From NCBI GenBank assembly GCA_963706575.1, contig CAVPNL010000004.1, forward strand, positions 577,519-641,518: 64,000 nt of DNA. The letters are read 5' to 3'. The translations under genes were made by a program, and so were the position numbers. Positions 8,659-20,030 of the stretch are shown in pieces (position 1 is the stretch's first letter; each line of letters starts with the position of its first letter). The DNA is from an uncultured delta proteobacterium (GTDB lineage Bacteria; Desulfobacterota; Desulfobacteria; Desulfobacterales; JAHEIW01). The notes under the pieces were generated by a model that was not told the origin of the DNA, did not search any database, and worked only from the letters and a program-made list of their open reading frames with translations.

Positions 8659-11157
8659 ATGACCAGAGATGCAAACTCAACAGCGGATAACGAAAAGATC
8701 TTTGAAGATCAAATGAATATTCCAGAAGAATTACCCATCTTGACCCTAAAGGAGCAGGTGGCATTTCCAACACTGAATATGACCTTAGCGATTCAGGCGG
8801 AGGCAACTTCACTGATTGAAAAGGCCATGAAAGGCGATCGAATTATCGGGGCTGTGGGTATCCGGAATCCAGTTGATGATCAGTCCATGACCAAACGGGT
8901 CTTTGAAACCGGCACTGTGATCCGGATTTTGTATGCGACCCGTGCATCCGACAACACCACCCTGTTGGTTGCCAGGGGGTTAGAACGATTCCGTATCGAC
9001 CAATGGCTCTCAGAAAAGCCTTACCTGAAGGCTCGCATTACACTGGCTCCTGAAATAACTGAGACGGATATTGAGACGGATGCATTGTTTCGCAGCCTAC
9101 GCGGCCTCTCGCAGGAAGTATTTTCCTTGATGCCCAACATACCCAAAGAGGCGGTCGAAGGGCTGGCAAGCATCCGAGACCCTTTGCATTTAGCCTATAT
9201 CGCTGCCGCCCATGCCGATATCGATTTTCAAAAACGGCAAAATCTACTGGAAGAAGACCGCCTCAAGGTAAAGCTGCGCGAATCAGTGACGATCTTGTCC
9301 CGTGAAAAAGAGGTGCTGGCGCTCGGGAAAAAAATCCAAACCGAAGCCCAAGACGAAATGAACAAGTCACAGCGGGAATATTATTTGCGGCAGCAACTCG
9401 AGGCCATAAAAAAAGAGCTGGGAGAAACCAATGGCGAGAAATCCGAATCCGATGAATACCGACAACGCATCGAAAAATCAGACATGAGTGCCGAAGCGCG
9501 TAAAGAAGCCCTCAGAGAGCTGGACCGATTCGCCCAAATGACGCCCCAGTCGGCTGAGTACTCCCTGATCAAAACCTATCTGGACTGGTTACTGGATCTC
9601 CCTTGGAATCAACTAAGCGAGGATCAAGCGGATATTAAGGTCGCACGGGAAATCCTAGACGAGGATCACTATGGTCTGCAAGAGGTCAAGGATCGCCTTA
9701 TTGAATACTTGGCGGTTCGAAATCTTCTGAAGATCCGAGGACCCCAGAAAAATAAGGAACCCAAGGCGCCATTTTCAACCGCCATGGGCGTCATATTGTG
9801 TTTTGCCGGACCGCCGGGTGTCGGTAAAACCAGCTTGGGACAGAGCATTGCGCGAGCCATGGGGCGTGAATTTACTCGCATGAGCCTTGGCGGAATACGG
9901 GACGAAGCTGAAATTCGAGGTCACCGTCGGACATATATCGGCGCAATGCCGGGACGAATCATTCAGGCGATTAAGCGCGCCGGCACCCGCAATCCTGTCT
10001 TTATGCTGGATGAAGTCGACAAGATCGGTTCGGATTGGCGCGGCGACCCCAGTAGTGCCTTATTGGAGGTATTGGATCCTGCTCAAAACGCCACCTTTCG
10101 CGACCATTACCTGGATGTCGATTTTGACCTGAGCGATGTAATCTTTATTGCCACAGCCAATCAATTGGAAAGTATTCCGTTGGCATTGAGGGATCGTTTG
10201 GAAATCATTCAATTAGAAGGCTATACCGAGTTTGAAAAAACTCAGATCGCCAAACGACACCTAATTCCCCGGCAATTGACCAGTCATGGCCTGATCGATA
10301 GCGAGATGACCTTTATGGACGAGGCGATCCGGAAAATTATTAGTAGCTACACCCGCGAAGCCGGAGTCCGTCAACTAGAAAGGCTTATCGGTTCCGTCTG
10401 CCGTAAATGCGTCGTCAACCTGACGACCCATGGTTGGTCGCATGTCATCGTTACTCCTGAGCAAGTGACAGAATACCTGAAGAAAGAGAAATTCGAAACC
10501 GAACATTCTGAAGTTATTGATATGCCGGGCGTTGCAACCGGTTTGGCGGTGACGGCAAACGGAGGTGACATTCTCTATATTGAGGCAACGCGAATGCACG
10601 GTGACGGGCAACTGCACTTAACCGGTCAACTCGGCGACGTCATGAAAGAAAGTGCTCAAATTGCCTACAGCTATATCCGTGCACACGCCGAAAAGTTGGC
10701 GATTGAGCCCCAAGCATTTGATAAACGGAAAGTTCATTTGCACGTGCCGGCCGGTGCAATTCCCAAAGATGGTCCTTCGGCGGGAATCGCCATGACCATG
10801 GCCCTGGCGAGCCTGTTCAGCAACCGTCCCGTGCGCAGTGATGTCGGGATGACCGGCGAAATCACGTTACGCGGGCGCATACTTCCGGTGGGTGGAATTA
10901 AGATGAAGGTTCTAGCGGCCCACCGCGCCGGGCTCACGACCGTGATTTTGCCCAAGCGTAATGCACGCGATCTGCACGACGTACCCGAAGAGATTCGTAA
11001 TGCCATGCAATTTATACCGGTGGATCGGATCGATGAGGCCATCGATATCGGACTGACACGATCAGAAAACAGCGCGGGAGGCGATTATCGCCCCATTGAT
11101 CGTAACCTGGATCCACTCAACGAAGAGATTTCAGCGTTAGATTCTTCCGTTAGGTAA
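8659..11157 (+). CDS. lon: ATP-dependent Lon protease (endopeptidase La)
   Basis: GPPGVGKTS, DEAEIRGHRRTYIGAMPG, PKDGPSAG catalytic Ser motif. Confidence 0.97.
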   Translation: MTRDANSTADNEKIFEDQMNIPEELPILTLKEQVAFPTLNMTLAIQAEATSLIEKAMKGDRIIGAVGIRNPVDDQSMTKRVFETGTVIRILYATRASDNTTLLVARGLERFRIDQWLSEKPYLKARITLAPEITETDIETDALFRSLRGLSQEVFSLMPNIPKEAVEGLASIRDPLHLAYIAAAHADIDFQKRQNLLEEDRLKVKLRESVTILSREKEVLALGKKIQTEAQDEMNKSQREYYLRQQLEAIKKELGETNGEKSESDEYRQRIEKSDMSAEARKEALRELDRFAQMTPQSAEYSLIKTYLDWLLDLPWNQLSEDQADIKVAREILDEDHYGLQEVKDRLIEYLAVRNLLKIRGPQKNKEPKAPFSTAMGVILCFAGPPGVGKTSLGQSIARAMGREFTRMSLGGIRDEAEIRGHRRTYIGAMPGRIIQAIKRAGTRNPVFMLDEVDKIGSDWRGDPSSALLEVLDPAQNATFRDHYLDVDFDLSDVIFIATANQLESIPLALRDRLEIIQLEGYTEFEKTQIAKRHLIPRQLTSHGLIDSEMTFMDEAIRKIISSYTREAGVRQLERLIGSVCRKCVVNLTTHGWSHVIVTPEQVTEYLKKEKFETEHSEVIDMPGVATGLAVTANGGDILYIEATRMHGDGQLHLTGQLGDVMKESAQIAYSYIRAHAEKLAIEPQAFDKRKVHLHVPAGAIPKDGPSAGIAMTMALASLFSNRPVRSDVGMTGEITLRGRILPVGGIKMKVLAAHRAGLTTVILPKRNARDLHDVPEEIRNAMQFIPVDRIDEAIDIGLTRSENSAGGDYRPIDRNLDPLNEEISALDSSVR

Positions 11158-11248
11158 ATCGAAAGCTTTTACACCGAATAATGAGCCACTAAAAATCGGC
11201 CTGGTAAACGCATTGAGTCTTCGCGCGTAATAAAGAAAGGATTGACCC

Positions 11249-13114
11249 ATGCAGAATCAAAATCGGCTAAGAACATTAATAATTATTGGTGGTATTTGGC
11301 TTGCCTTGCTGCTGTTTAATTTTCTATCGACGAATGCCGCCGTGAAGACAATACCATACAGCGAATTCTTACAACTCGCCAAAGAAGGAAAGGTTTCGGA
11401 AGTTGCGGTGTCAGACAATGTCATTCAGGGCAAAATGTTTACCGACAACTCCGACCCTGAACAGGGCGAATCCTTCCAAGCGGTACGGGTCGATGCGGAA
11501 ATCTCTGATGTACTTGAGCAAAACGGCATTGAATATGCCGGAAAAATCCAGTCGAATTTTCTTTCAAATCTTTTTTCATGGATTTTTCCAGTGCTCCTGT
11601 TTCTTGGCTTATGGTTTTTGATTATGCGACGATTTCAAAAACAGCAGGGGGGATTCATGACCCTGGGTAAAAATAAGGCCAAAATCTACATGGAAAACGA
11701 CGTCGAGGTCAGATTCGAAGACGCCGCGGGCGTTGATGAGGCCAAAGAGGAACTGGTGGAGGTTATCGATTTTATAAAAGAACCCGAGCGGTTTACACGC
11801 ATCGGCGGACAGATTCCGCGCGGCATTTTGCTGGTCGGCCCTCCTGGCACCGGAAAAACCCTGTTGGCAAAGGCAGTGGCTGGGGAAAGCGGAGTGCCTT
11901 TTTTCAGTTTAAGTGGCTCGGAGTTCGTCGAAATGTTTGTCGGTCTGGGCGCAGCACGGGTAAGAGACTTATTTAAACAGGCCAAAGACAATGCGCCCTG
12001 CATCATTTTCATCGATGAACTGGACGCCCTGGGCAAAGCAAGGGGATTCGGCACCGTCGGCGGGCACGATGAACGCGAACAAACTTTAAATCAGCTTTTG
12101 GTGGAATTAGACGGATTTGATCCGAATATCGGTGTCATCTTGATGGCGGCGACCAACCGCCCGGAGATCCTTGACCCCGCTTTGCTGAGGCCGGGTCGTT
12201 TTGATCGCCAGATACTGGTTGATCGACCCGACAAACAGGGCAGGAAAGAAATTTTAAAAGTTCATCTCAAAAAAATAACGGCCGCAGATGATCTGGACGT
12301 TGATACCCTGGCCGGTATGACTTCAGGCATGGTGGGAGCCGATCTTGCCAACCTGGTCAATGAGGCTGCCCTTTTATCCGTAAGAAGAAATAAGCCTGCA
12401 GTGGGTATGACCGAGTTTGAAGAGGCGGTTGAAAGGGTCGTTGCCGGTCTTGAGAAAAAGAATCGGTTGATCAACCCGAAAGAAAAAAAGATTGTCGCCT
12501 ATCATGAACTCGGGCATGCGATTGTCGCCATGACACTGCCCGAAACCGATCCTGTCCAAAAGATCTCTATTATCCCGCGGGGTATTGCTGCCCTTGGCTA
12601 TACCATGCAGGTGCCCACTGAAGATCGGTTCTTAATGCGCCGAACCGAGTTGTTGAATCGAATTGCGACGCTATTGGGCGGACGGGCTGCTGAGGAAATT
12701 GTATTTGATGATATTTCCACCGGTGCACACAATGACCTCTCCAGAGCGACTGATATCGCGCGTAGCATGGTCAAGGAGTACGGCATGAGCCGTCAATTGG
12801 GGCAGGTCTATTTTTCCCGCAATAAGCAAAGCCCATTTCTCAATGCGAATCCGGACAGCGGTGGTGATTACAGTGAAATGACGGCTCACTTAATCGACAA
12901 AGAGATTCGTCAAATCATCGATGAGCAGTATGAAAGAGTTCTGGGCATATTAAAATCCAGGCGGGATATTTTGGATGAGGCTGCGAAGAAACTGCTGGAA
13001 AGTGAGGTCATAGAGGGCGAGGAGCTCAAAGCACTGGCGGAGACCGTGTCACAAAGCGGAATGCCAGAAGACGATTCCGGTATTTCACAAAGCAGTCATG
13101 CCCTGGCGGCTTAA
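11249..13114 (+). CDS. ftsH: ATP-dependent zinc metalloprotease FtsH
   Basis: Two TM segments, [31 protein letters not shown]. Confidence 0.97.
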   Translation: MQNQNRLRTLIIIGGIWLALLLFNFLSTNAAVKTIPYSEFLQLAKEGKVSEVAVSDNVIQGKMFTDNSDPEQGESFQAVRVDAEISDVLEQNGIEYAGKIQSNFLSNLFSWIFPVLLFLGLWFLIMRRFQKQQGGFMTLGKNKAKIYMENDVEVRFEDAAGVDEAKEELVEVIDFIKEPERFTRIGGQIPRGILLVGPPGTGKTLLAKAVAGESGVPFFSLSGSEFVEMFVGLGAARVRDLFKQAKDNAPCIIFIDELDALGKARGFGTVGGHDEREQTLNQLLVELDGFDPNIGVILMAATNRPEILDPALLRPGRFDRQILVDRPDKQGRKEILKVHLKKITAADDLDVDTLAGMTSGMVGADLANLVNEAALLSVRRNKPAVGMTEFEEAVERVVAGLEKKNRLINPKEKKIVAYHELGHAIVAMTLPETDPVQKISIIPRGIAALGYTMQVPTEDRFLMRRTELLNRIATLLGGRAAEEIVFDDISTGAHNDLSRATDIARSMVKEYGMSRQLGQVYFSRNKQSPFLNANPDSGGDYSEMTAHLIDKEIRQIIDEQYERVLGILKSRRDILDEAAKKLLESEVIEGEELKALAETVSQSGMPEDDSGISQSSHALAA

Positions 13115-13190
13115 CCTGTCTGGGAGGGGTTTCAAAACCCCATCTGTTGGATGTAGCAAATAAATTAAAATCTTATCGGAGGTGAATCCC

Positions 13191-13682
13191 ATGAAAACGT
13201 TAATATCTATTATCATATTGATTCTGTTTATCGTCCCCAATGTAATGGCTGCAGGTAGTGCATCGTCCAGCCCTGCCGTTTCCAAGGATGTTAAAATCTA
13301 TAACAAAGGGGTTAAGCTGATGCTGGACAAGAAATTTGCTAAAGCTGAAAAGCAATTCCGGAAAGCCCTGGAAATTAACGAGCGTTTCGCAGAAGCCCAT
13401 AATAACCTGGCCTATACTTTAAGAAAGCAGGGGGCCGATCATTTCGACGAGGCCCTGATGAATTATAATCGGGCGATCGAGCTAAATCCGAATTTACCAG
13501 AACCGTATATGTATCGCGGGGTGCTGTATGTACAGATGGGAAACAAATCGTTCGCGCTGAAAGATCATGAAAAGCTGGTCACGATGGGCCCACCCCTATC
13601 AGATGAACTGGAATACGTTGTGGTCAATGGACGCGAAAAAGAGCCTGAACAATTTTTCGGTGTATCGCGTAAGATGAAATAG
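13191..13682 (+). CDS. Exported TPR-repeat protein
   Basis: Signal peptide, AEAHNNLAY and YNRAIELNP TPR motifs; GGAGG RBS. Confidence 0.85.
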   Translation: MKTLISIIILILFIVPNVMAAGSASSSPAVSKDVKIYNKGVKLMLDKKFAKAEKQFRKALEINERFAEAHNNLAYTLRKQGADHFDEALMNYNRAIELNPNLPEPYMYRGVLYVQMGNKSFALKDHEKLVTMGPPLSDELEYVVVNGREKEPEQFFGVSRKMK

Positions 13683-13886
13683 ATTCAGCTTCGCAACGAT
13701 AACCTCTTGTTTTTCCGATATACAAAAAGAGGTTAAGCTATCATTTCTAAAATCTTTCTTGATTGACTAAAAATGGTGATTTATATTCTATTTTTAATCA
13801 ATTATTTTATTTTTTTCGGGTCAATTAATGTAATTATGAATTTGCTTCACGTTTGAAAAGCCGCTTAATGAAGGATATTGAAATAA

Positions 13887-14249
13887 ATGAATAAAAAAAA
13901 TCTCCAATACTTTAAGCGTAAGCTCACTGCACAGCTTCAAGATTTATTGACCGGCTCTGATTGTAATTTTGGCGACCTTAAGGCACCCGACGAGCATCTG
14001 GCGGATCCGGTCGACCGGGCAACTTATACCACCGAGCGTAATTTTTCCCATCATCTGTGCAGCAGGAACAACAGTGTCATCAAAGAAATCGAGCAGGCAC
14101 TGCAGGATATTGAAAATGGTGATTACGGCATTTGTGACCGCTGCAACGAGGATATTCCCATCAAGCGGTTAAAAGTCCGGCCGATGGCGCGCTATTGTAT
14201 CAGCTGTAAATCGCAGCTTGAAAATGAACAGATGCTCGCCGACAGTTGA
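13887..14249 (+). CDS. TraR/DksA C4 zinc-finger protein
   Basis: DPVDRA coiled-coil tip; YGICDRC..I...RL...P.ARYCISC. Confidence 0.9.
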   Translation: MNKKNLQYFKRKLTAQLQDLLTGSDCNFGDLKAPDEHLADPVDRATYTTERNFSHHLCSRNNSVIKEIEQALQDIENGDYGICDRCNEDIPIKRLKVRPMARYCISCKSQLENEQMLADS

Positions 14250-14274
14250 GCCTCAAATATTCAGGAGAACACCA

Positions 14275-14838
14275 ATGACAAACTCAATAACAAGACCTAT
14301 GCCAATTTTTGCGGCACGGTTTAAAATAATACCTTTTTTAGTGCTGTTTTTTGCGATAACGGGCTGTGCGACCGCCCCCCCGATTGAAACGGTTGATTCG
14401 GTCAATATAGAGCGTTTCATGGGAGACTGGTATGTGATCGCCAATATTCCTCACGCTATTGAAAAAGATGCTTATAACGCCCTTGAATCTTATCGTCTGG
14501 CTGAGGATGGAACCATTGAAACAACCTTTACTTTCAACAAGGGCGGTTTCGATGGCCCACTCAAGACCTATAAACCCCGGGGGTTTATTCAGGATAAGGA
14601 ATCAAATGCTGTTTGGGGAATGCAGTTTTTTTGGCCGATTAAGGCAGAGTACCGCATCATCTATCTTAACGAGGATTATACCCAAACGGTCATCGGTCGC
14701 ACCAAAAGAGACTATGTCTGGGTCATGGCCAGAAAACCTTATATTCCGCACGATGACTACAACCGGATCTTGGATTTTATCAAATCGCAGGGCTACGACC
14801 TGAGTAAGCTGCAAAAAGTTCCACAGCAGGTTAGATAG
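14275..14838 (+). CDS. Outer-membrane lipocalin (Blc family) lipoprotein
   Basis: Lipobox ITGC, RFMGDWYVIA, FFWPIKAEY, YVWVMAR; AGGAG RBS before 14275. Confidence 0.9.
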   Translation: MTNSITRPMPIFAARFKIIPFLVLFFAITGCATAPPIETVDSVNIERFMGDWYVIANIPHAIEKDAYNALESYRLAEDGTIETTFTFNKGGFDGPLKTYKPRGFIQDKESNAVWGMQFFWPIKAEYRIIYLNEDYTQTVIGRTKRDYVWVMARKPYIPHDDYNRILDFIKSQGYDLSKLQKVPQQVR

Positions 14839-14986
14839 GATCATTTAACGGATATTTAACGTATTTGCCGTCAGATGATTGTGTAATGTGTTCGTAACAC
14901 TATCCAAGATCCCGGTGGGGGATGTATTCTAATGACGGTTTGATTCTCTTTAAATACTGACCCTGCTTTATTGGAAGGACAACAAG

Positions 14987-15565
14987 ATGAGCCTAAAACT
15001 TTACCGGTCCCTATATACCATCGTTGCGTTGATCGCGATGATTTTAATCCAGCCCCAGAGCAAAGCGGCAGAGGTTAATGGTATCAACTTTGATGATCAG
15101 TATGCGGCCGGAGACACGGTGTTGAAAATAAGAGGTGCCGGTCTATTGCGCGTCATGGCATTTGCAAAGGTATATGTCAGCGCCCTCTATCTGCCGGAGG
15201 ATTGTGCTTCTAAACTGGTGCTTTCAGATGTGCCCAAGCGATTGGAAGTTGAATATATGAGATCCATCGCGGGCAATGATTTCGGCCGTGTCACCAACAA
15301 AAAAATATCTGAGAATGTAGATTCGCAGACCTTTGAGCGGCTGCGACCCCGCATTCTATATCACAATTCACTGTATCAGGATGTTCAACCCGGCGACCGG
15401 TATTCTTTGACATACATTCCCGGTAAGGGGACGGAACTGGCGTTAAACGGTGAACCCCAGGGTGTTATCGAAGGCGCTGATTTTGCGGCCGCCGTGTTTT
15501 CCATCTGGCTGGGGCCTAAACCCATCAGCGAATCCCTAAAAAAAGATCTCCTGGACTTATCGTGA
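14987..15565 (+). CDS. Chalcone isomerase-like exported protein
   Basis: GAGLLR...KVYVSALYL, F..AVFSIWLG..P....LK..LL. Confidence 0.85.
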   Translation: MSLKLYRSLYTIVALIAMILIQPQSKAAEVNGINFDDQYAAGDTVLKIRGAGLLRVMAFAKVYVSALYLPEDCASKLVLSDVPKRLEVEYMRSIAGNDFGRVTNKKISENVDSQTFERLRPRILYHNSLYQDVQPGDRYSLTYIPGKGTELALNGEPQGVIEGADFAAAVFSIWLGPKPISESLKKDLLDLS

Positions 15566-16965
15566 AAACCCAGCATGCAGATCCTGTCGCTTTGTCGAAA
15601 AAAATCGCCTATTCAGCGCCGGCCTTTGCCCTGGCGGTCGTCGGCATACCGGTTTACGTCTATATCCCCAAATTTTATACCGACGTGGTGGGTATCAATA
15701 TCGCGGTTTTAGGCACCCTTTTATTCAGCGTGCGCATTTTTGATGCCCTGACCGATCCCGCTATTGGGTATATCTCGGATCGGAGCCAAACCCGATTTGG
15801 CAGGCGCCGCCCGTATATTGCCATCGGATCGCTTTTTGTCGTCGTAAGCATGTATCTGCTGTTTACACCCCCGCAGGCGTCTGCTGATTTCGAGACCTGG
15901 TGGTTTGGCATCTGTATCTACGCGTTGTTTTTGTTTTGGACCGTGGTGGTGGTCCCTTTTGAATCCCTGGGTCCTGAAATCACTTTCGACTATCATGAAC
16001 GCACCTCCCTTTTTGGCATGCGCGACGGATTTCTCATCGCCGGCACCCTGATGGCGGCCAGCTCACCGGCAATCGTCGAATGGGCCTTTGATCTGACTTC
16101 AGACGCTGCAGGCGAGCGCGCTAAATTTTTCTGGATCGCAGTGATATATGCGCCTTTGTTAATCGGCTCCTGCTGGTGGTGTGTCTTCGCAATTAAAGAA
16201 AAACCAGCCGGCCAAGCCCTGAATCCCACCGGACTGTGGATGGGGTTTCGCTATGTGGCCCGCAATCGACCCTTTGTTATTTTGATCATCTCTTATACGA
16301 TTGCGGCAATCGGCAGTAATTTGCCGGCAACTCTGATTTTATATTATGTCGAGTACGTCTTGCAGTCGCATCTGGCCGATACCTTCCTACTGCTTTATTT
16401 TGTGACCGGAATCATCTTTCTGCCCGGTTGGATTTTGCTTTCGCGTCGCATCGGTAAGAAGGCGGCCTGGCTGACATCCATGGTCATCAATACCGGTGCA
16501 TTTATCGGTGTCTTTTTTCTGGGCCCCGGTGATGCGCAGATCTACGGTATCCTGGTTGTTCTATCCGGCATCGGCTTTGGCGCCACCCTGGCGTTGCCAT
16601 CCGCCATTCAGGCGGATGTCATTGATTACGATGAACTGCTTACCGGCCAGCGACGGGAGGGACAGTATATCGGCCTGTGGTCTATTGCCAAAAAATTTGC
16701 TGCTGCCATCGGTGTGGGCGCGGGACTGTCCATCCTCGGTTACGCCGGTTATGAACCAAATGTCGCACAAACCCAACAGGTGCAGCTGACCCTGAGAACT
16801 TTGTATGCGCTGGTGCCGTCGGCCTGCAATGTGATCGCCTTTGTCATCGTTTTGGCATACCCGATCAGCAGCCGCGTTCATGAGCAAATTCGCAACGCGA
16901 TTGCTGAGCGCCAGGCCGGCAATCCGGTGGCAGATCCGTTGAAGCCGCAGCGAATGATCTCATAA
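15562..16965 (+). CDS. MFS transporter, GPH (MelB-like) family
   Basis: RIFDALTDPAIGYISDR..TRFGRRRPY, ADVIDYDEL.TGQRREG. Confidence 0.9.
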   Translation: MKTQHADPVALSKKIAYSAPAFALAVVGIPVYVYIPKFYTDVVGINIAVLGTLLFSVRIFDALTDPAIGYISDRSQTRFGRRRPYIAIGSLFVVVSMYLLFTPPQASADFETWWFGICIYALFLFWTVVVVPFESLGPEITFDYHERTSLFGMRDGFLIAGTLMAASSPAIVEWAFDLTSDAAGERAKFFWIAVIYAPLLIGSCWWCVFAIKEKPAGQALNPTGLWMGFRYVARNRPFVILIISYTIAAIGSNLPATLILYYVEYVLQSHLADTFLLLYFVTGIIFLPGWILLSRRIGKKAAWLTSMVINTGAFIGVFFLGPGDAQIYGILVVLSGIGFGATLALPSAIQADVIDYDELLTGQRREGQYIGLWSIAKKFAAAIGVGAGLSILGYAGYEPNVAQTQQVQLTLRTLYALVPSACNVIAFVIVLAYPISSRVHEQIRNAIAERQAGNPVADPLKPQRMIS

Positions 16966-16994
16966 AAACGGATAGGGTGTCTGGAGTAATTAGA

Positions 16995-17783
16995 ATGGAA
17001 AATTTAATCACCATTTTCGGCGGAAACCTTGTCGCAGTGATAAGCATGATGATTTGCGGCTGGTCGATCAGCCTGATTTATAAAAACGTGTCTGTTGTCG
17101 ACAGTCTCTGGGGACTGGGATTTGTCCTTATTGCCTGGTTGACCTTTGGCCTGGCTGAGGGATTCGCCGGGAGAAAAATTCTAATCGTTTTGCTTACCAC
17201 GGCTTGGGGACTGCGGCTGAGTGCGCATTTGTCCTGGCGCAACTGGGGAAAGGGTGAAGATCCCCGCTATGGTGGCTGGAGAAAGGCCAGCGGCGACCAA
17301 TTCTGGATCGTCAGTCTATTTAAAGTGTTTTTGCTCCAGGCTCTGTTTTTATGGGTGATCGCCCTGGCGATTCAATACGGTCAGGTATCACCCACACCTG
17401 CCCATTTGACCGGGCTCGATGTTTTGGGATCGATCATTTGGATGATCGGTTTTGTTTTTGAATCCGTCAGCGACTGGCAGCTGGCGCGATTTAAAGCGGA
17501 TCAGACCAACGCGGGTAAGGTGATGGACCGCGGATTATGGGCTTATTCGCGTCATCCCAACTACTTCGGTGAGTGCTTAATCTGGTGGGGGATTTTTCTG
17601 GTTGCATTATCCACGCCAAATAGCTGGTGGACTGTAGTGAGTCCCATAGTCATTACCGCCGTCTTGCTCAAAATGACTGGCATTCCGCTGACTGAAAAAA
17701 CTATCATCAATACCCGGCCCGGGTACCGCGACTATATCAAGCGCACCCCGCCGTTTTTTCCCTGGTTTCCCAAAAAAAATTAA
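16995..17783 (+). CDS. DUF1295 (steroid 5-alpha reductase-like) membrane protein
   Basis: VDSLWG, GEDPRY, GLWAYSRHPNYFGE. Confidence 0.9.
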   Translation: MENLITIFGGNLVAVISMMICGWSISLIYKNVSVVDSLWGLGFVLIAWLTFGLAEGFAGRKILIVLLTTAWGLRLSAHLSWRNWGKGEDPRYGGWRKASGDQFWIVSLFKVFLLQALFLWVIALAIQYGQVSPTPAHLTGLDVLGSIIWMIGFVFESVSDWQLARFKADQTNAGKVMDRGLWAYSRHPNYFGECLIWWGIFLVALSTPNSWWTVVSPIVITAVLLKMTGIPLTEKTIINTRPGYRDYIKRTPPFFPWFPKKN

Positions 17784-18256
17784 TTTGAATTTGATCTGCG
17801 GTGAGCAGACAAGGTGCGAATTACCGGCTTTGAGGCGCTGTAGAGCATCAGGATCAGCAATGGGCTGATGACCAGCCATGTAAGAATTGCATACAGGGTC
17901 AAATCCCACAGGTTGGCCATGCTGCCCCAAAAATCATTTTGAAGTAAGCCGATCAAATCTGTATCGATCAATGGCAACCCCTGCTGTTTAAACAACCAGT
18001 TGCCGATGCCGTAAAATGGCGCCAGCATAACGAGCTGCAACGGGTAAACCATATAGTTCACGACCTGAATGGCCGGCAGATTCAACCGCAGCGCCAGGGC
18101 GGCAACGGTGCACAGCATGGTAGTTGTGCCCAAGATGGGAAATATGCCCAAAACAGTTCCAAAAGCAATGCACAGCGCTATTTTTTTCAGGCTCATACCC
18201 TCTTTGAGCATCGATTTTACCATACTCAATATCTTTGTCTTAATTGCTCTGATCAT
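17780..18256 (-). CDS. DUF2062-like membrane protein
   Basis: IA..IAFG..LGIFPILG.TT, RLN.PAIQ.VNY..YP.Q. Confidence 0.75.
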   Translation of the reverse strand: MIRAIKTKILSMVKSMLKEGMSLKKIALCIAFGTVLGIFPILGTTTMLCTVAALALRLNLPAIQVVNYMVYPLQLVMLAPFYGIGNWLFKQQGLPLIDTDLIGLLQNDFWGSMANLWDLTLYAILTWLVISPLLILMLYSASKPVIRTLSAHRRSNSN

Positions 18257-18277
18257 GAGATGCTTTCATCAAATTTG

Positions 18278-18982
18278 TTAAGGGATTCTGTCCAAGACCG
18301 ACTTCATCCGGATCATACGGGTCTCCTGAGCAGCACCCATCCACACAAAAAATGCGATGAATAAAAGTATCGGATTGTAAAATAATCCAATAATCCCAAA
18401 AAGCAAGGCGATCGCCTGACCCAGATTGGCAGAAATCTGTGTGGCCCTGACATATGCCAGGCGCGTGGCAAGCAAAGCGCGGAAGACCCGACCGCCGTCC
18501 ATCGGAAATGCGGGTATCATATTAAACAGGATCAAAAAAATGTTGACACCCATAATGCGCTCAACAAATGCTGCGGTGGTCATCGTTAATTGATTATCCG
18601 GTGTAAGAGTATTGGTGATCCATAGGTAAACCGCAAGCAAGGCAACAATCACGACATTTACCGCCGGGCCAGCTAATGCCACCCACAGTTCTTGAATGGG
18701 CTGGTTTGGCATTTTTTCCAGGCGAGCCACACCGCCGATCGGCAACAGGATAATATCTCGGGTTTTAATCCCATATTTTTTTGCTGCTAAGGCATGGCCT
18801 AATTCATGCAGAACAACGCATGAAAATATTGCCAGGATGAACACGACGCCTGAAAAGGCCGCACCAATGGATCCGTTTAATTTCAACTGAATCAACGCCA
18901 CCCATGTTAACAATATAAAGAACGTAAAATGGATGAAAATATCAATTCCTGCCAATTTGGCTATTTTCAATGACCATCGCAT
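18278..18982 (-). CDS. Site-2 (M50) intramembrane metalloprotease without CBS domains
   Basis: HELGH, LLPIGG, ALAGP, FNMIPAFPMDGGR; ends where homologues usually start a CBS pair. Confidence 0.9.
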   Translation of the reverse strand: MRWSLKIAKLAGIDIFIHFTFFILLTWVALIQLKLNGSIGAAFSGVVFILAIFSCVVLHELGHALAAKKYGIKTRDIILLPIGGVARLEKMPNQPIQELWVALAGPAVNVVIVALLAVYLWITNTLTPDNQLTMTTAAFVERIMGVNIFLILFNMIPAFPMDGGRVFRALLATRLAYVRATQISANLGQAIALLFGIIGLFYNPILLFIAFFVWMGAAQETRMIRMKSVLDRIP

Positions 18983-19014
18983 CGTATCACCACCTTCGTA
19001 ATTGCTCGTTGAGC

Positions 19015-20016
19015 TTAACCGCCATAACCGCCTTCACTGTATGCGGCATAATCGGGCAATGCGTGCTTAAATGACGCTTTCATTTTTGCGATGATGTTTT
19101 TTTGGATCTGACGGACCCGTTCTCTTGAGATCCCATATCGCTTGCCGATTTCCGCCAGTGTTTCAGGATCTTCTGCGAAAATACGCTGGTTAAAAATATC
19201 GAGTTCTCGTTGATTCATTTCCTTTTTGAATTCAGCAATTCGTTGATGAAGAATCGTTTCAAACTCTTTTTTTGATATCTTGTCTTCGAGTGGTTCGGCG
19301 GAAGTTTTCAAAAATTCTATTCGCGCTGTATCCGTGTTGTCTGTTAAAGGGGCATCCAGTGAAACATCCCAGCCATTGATCCGTTGGTCCATTTCAACCA
19401 CTTCTTTTTTGGACACCCCCAGTCTTTCGGAGATAAGCTCCGCTTTGGGTTCAAAACCTTCATCCCGTAATTTTTGCTTTTCTTTTTTGAGACGGAAAAA
19501 GAGCTTTCGCTGCGCCTGGGTGGTTCCGATTTTTACCAGACGGAAGTTATCCATTAAGTGCTTGATAATGTAAGCTTTGATCCAAAATGAAGCGTAGTAT
19601 GAAAACTTCACCTTTTTCTCTGGATTGAATTTTTCAACCGCTTTCATCAGCCCGATGTTGCCCTCCTGAATGAGATCCAGCAGATTCTGCATCCACATTC
19701 TGCGGTAATCCAAGGCAATTTTTACGACGAGCCGGAGGTTTGACGTCACCACCTTGTGGGCCGCTCGGCTGTCGCCCTGTTCCTTCAGTCTTTTAAAAAG
19801 GATTAGTTCTTCATTTCTGCTCAGCAACTTATACTGGCTGATGCTCGTCAGATAGCTCTGAAGCGTATTGGGAACAACCGGTCTTTCGGCCGGCGGCGCC
19901 GGCCTGGTCGAGAAGCTAGGTGCCTCTTTACGCCGATTTCGTTTCCCGTTTCCGCTTACATTACGGGTCTCCGGATTTTGCTTACCTCTTACAACCTTTT
20001 TTTTCTGACTCAGCAT
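19015..20016 (-). CDS. RpoH/sigma32-like RNA polymerase sigma factor
   Basis: SNLRLVVKIA, DLIQEGNIGL, RpoH box TTQAQRKLFF.L, ISRERVRQI; GAGGAGG RBS. Confidence 0.9.
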   Translation of the reverse strand: MLSQKKKVVRGKQNPETRNVSGNGKRNRRKEAPSFSTRPAPPAERPVVPNTLQSYLTSISQYKLLSRNEELILFKRLKEQGDSRAAHKVVTSNLRLVVKIALDYRRMWMQNLLDLIQEGNIGLMKAVEKFNPEKKVKFSYYASFWIKAYIIKHLMDNFRLVKIGTTQAQRKLFFRLKKEKQKLRDEGFEPKAELISERLGVSKKEVVEMDQRINGWDVSLDAPLTDNTDTARIEFLKTSAEPLEDKISKKEFETILHQRIAEFKKEMNQRELDIFNQRIFAEDPETLAEIGKRYGISRERVRQIQKNIIAKMKASFKHALPDYAAYSEGGYGG

Positions 20017-20030
20017 TCTGTTCCTCCTCT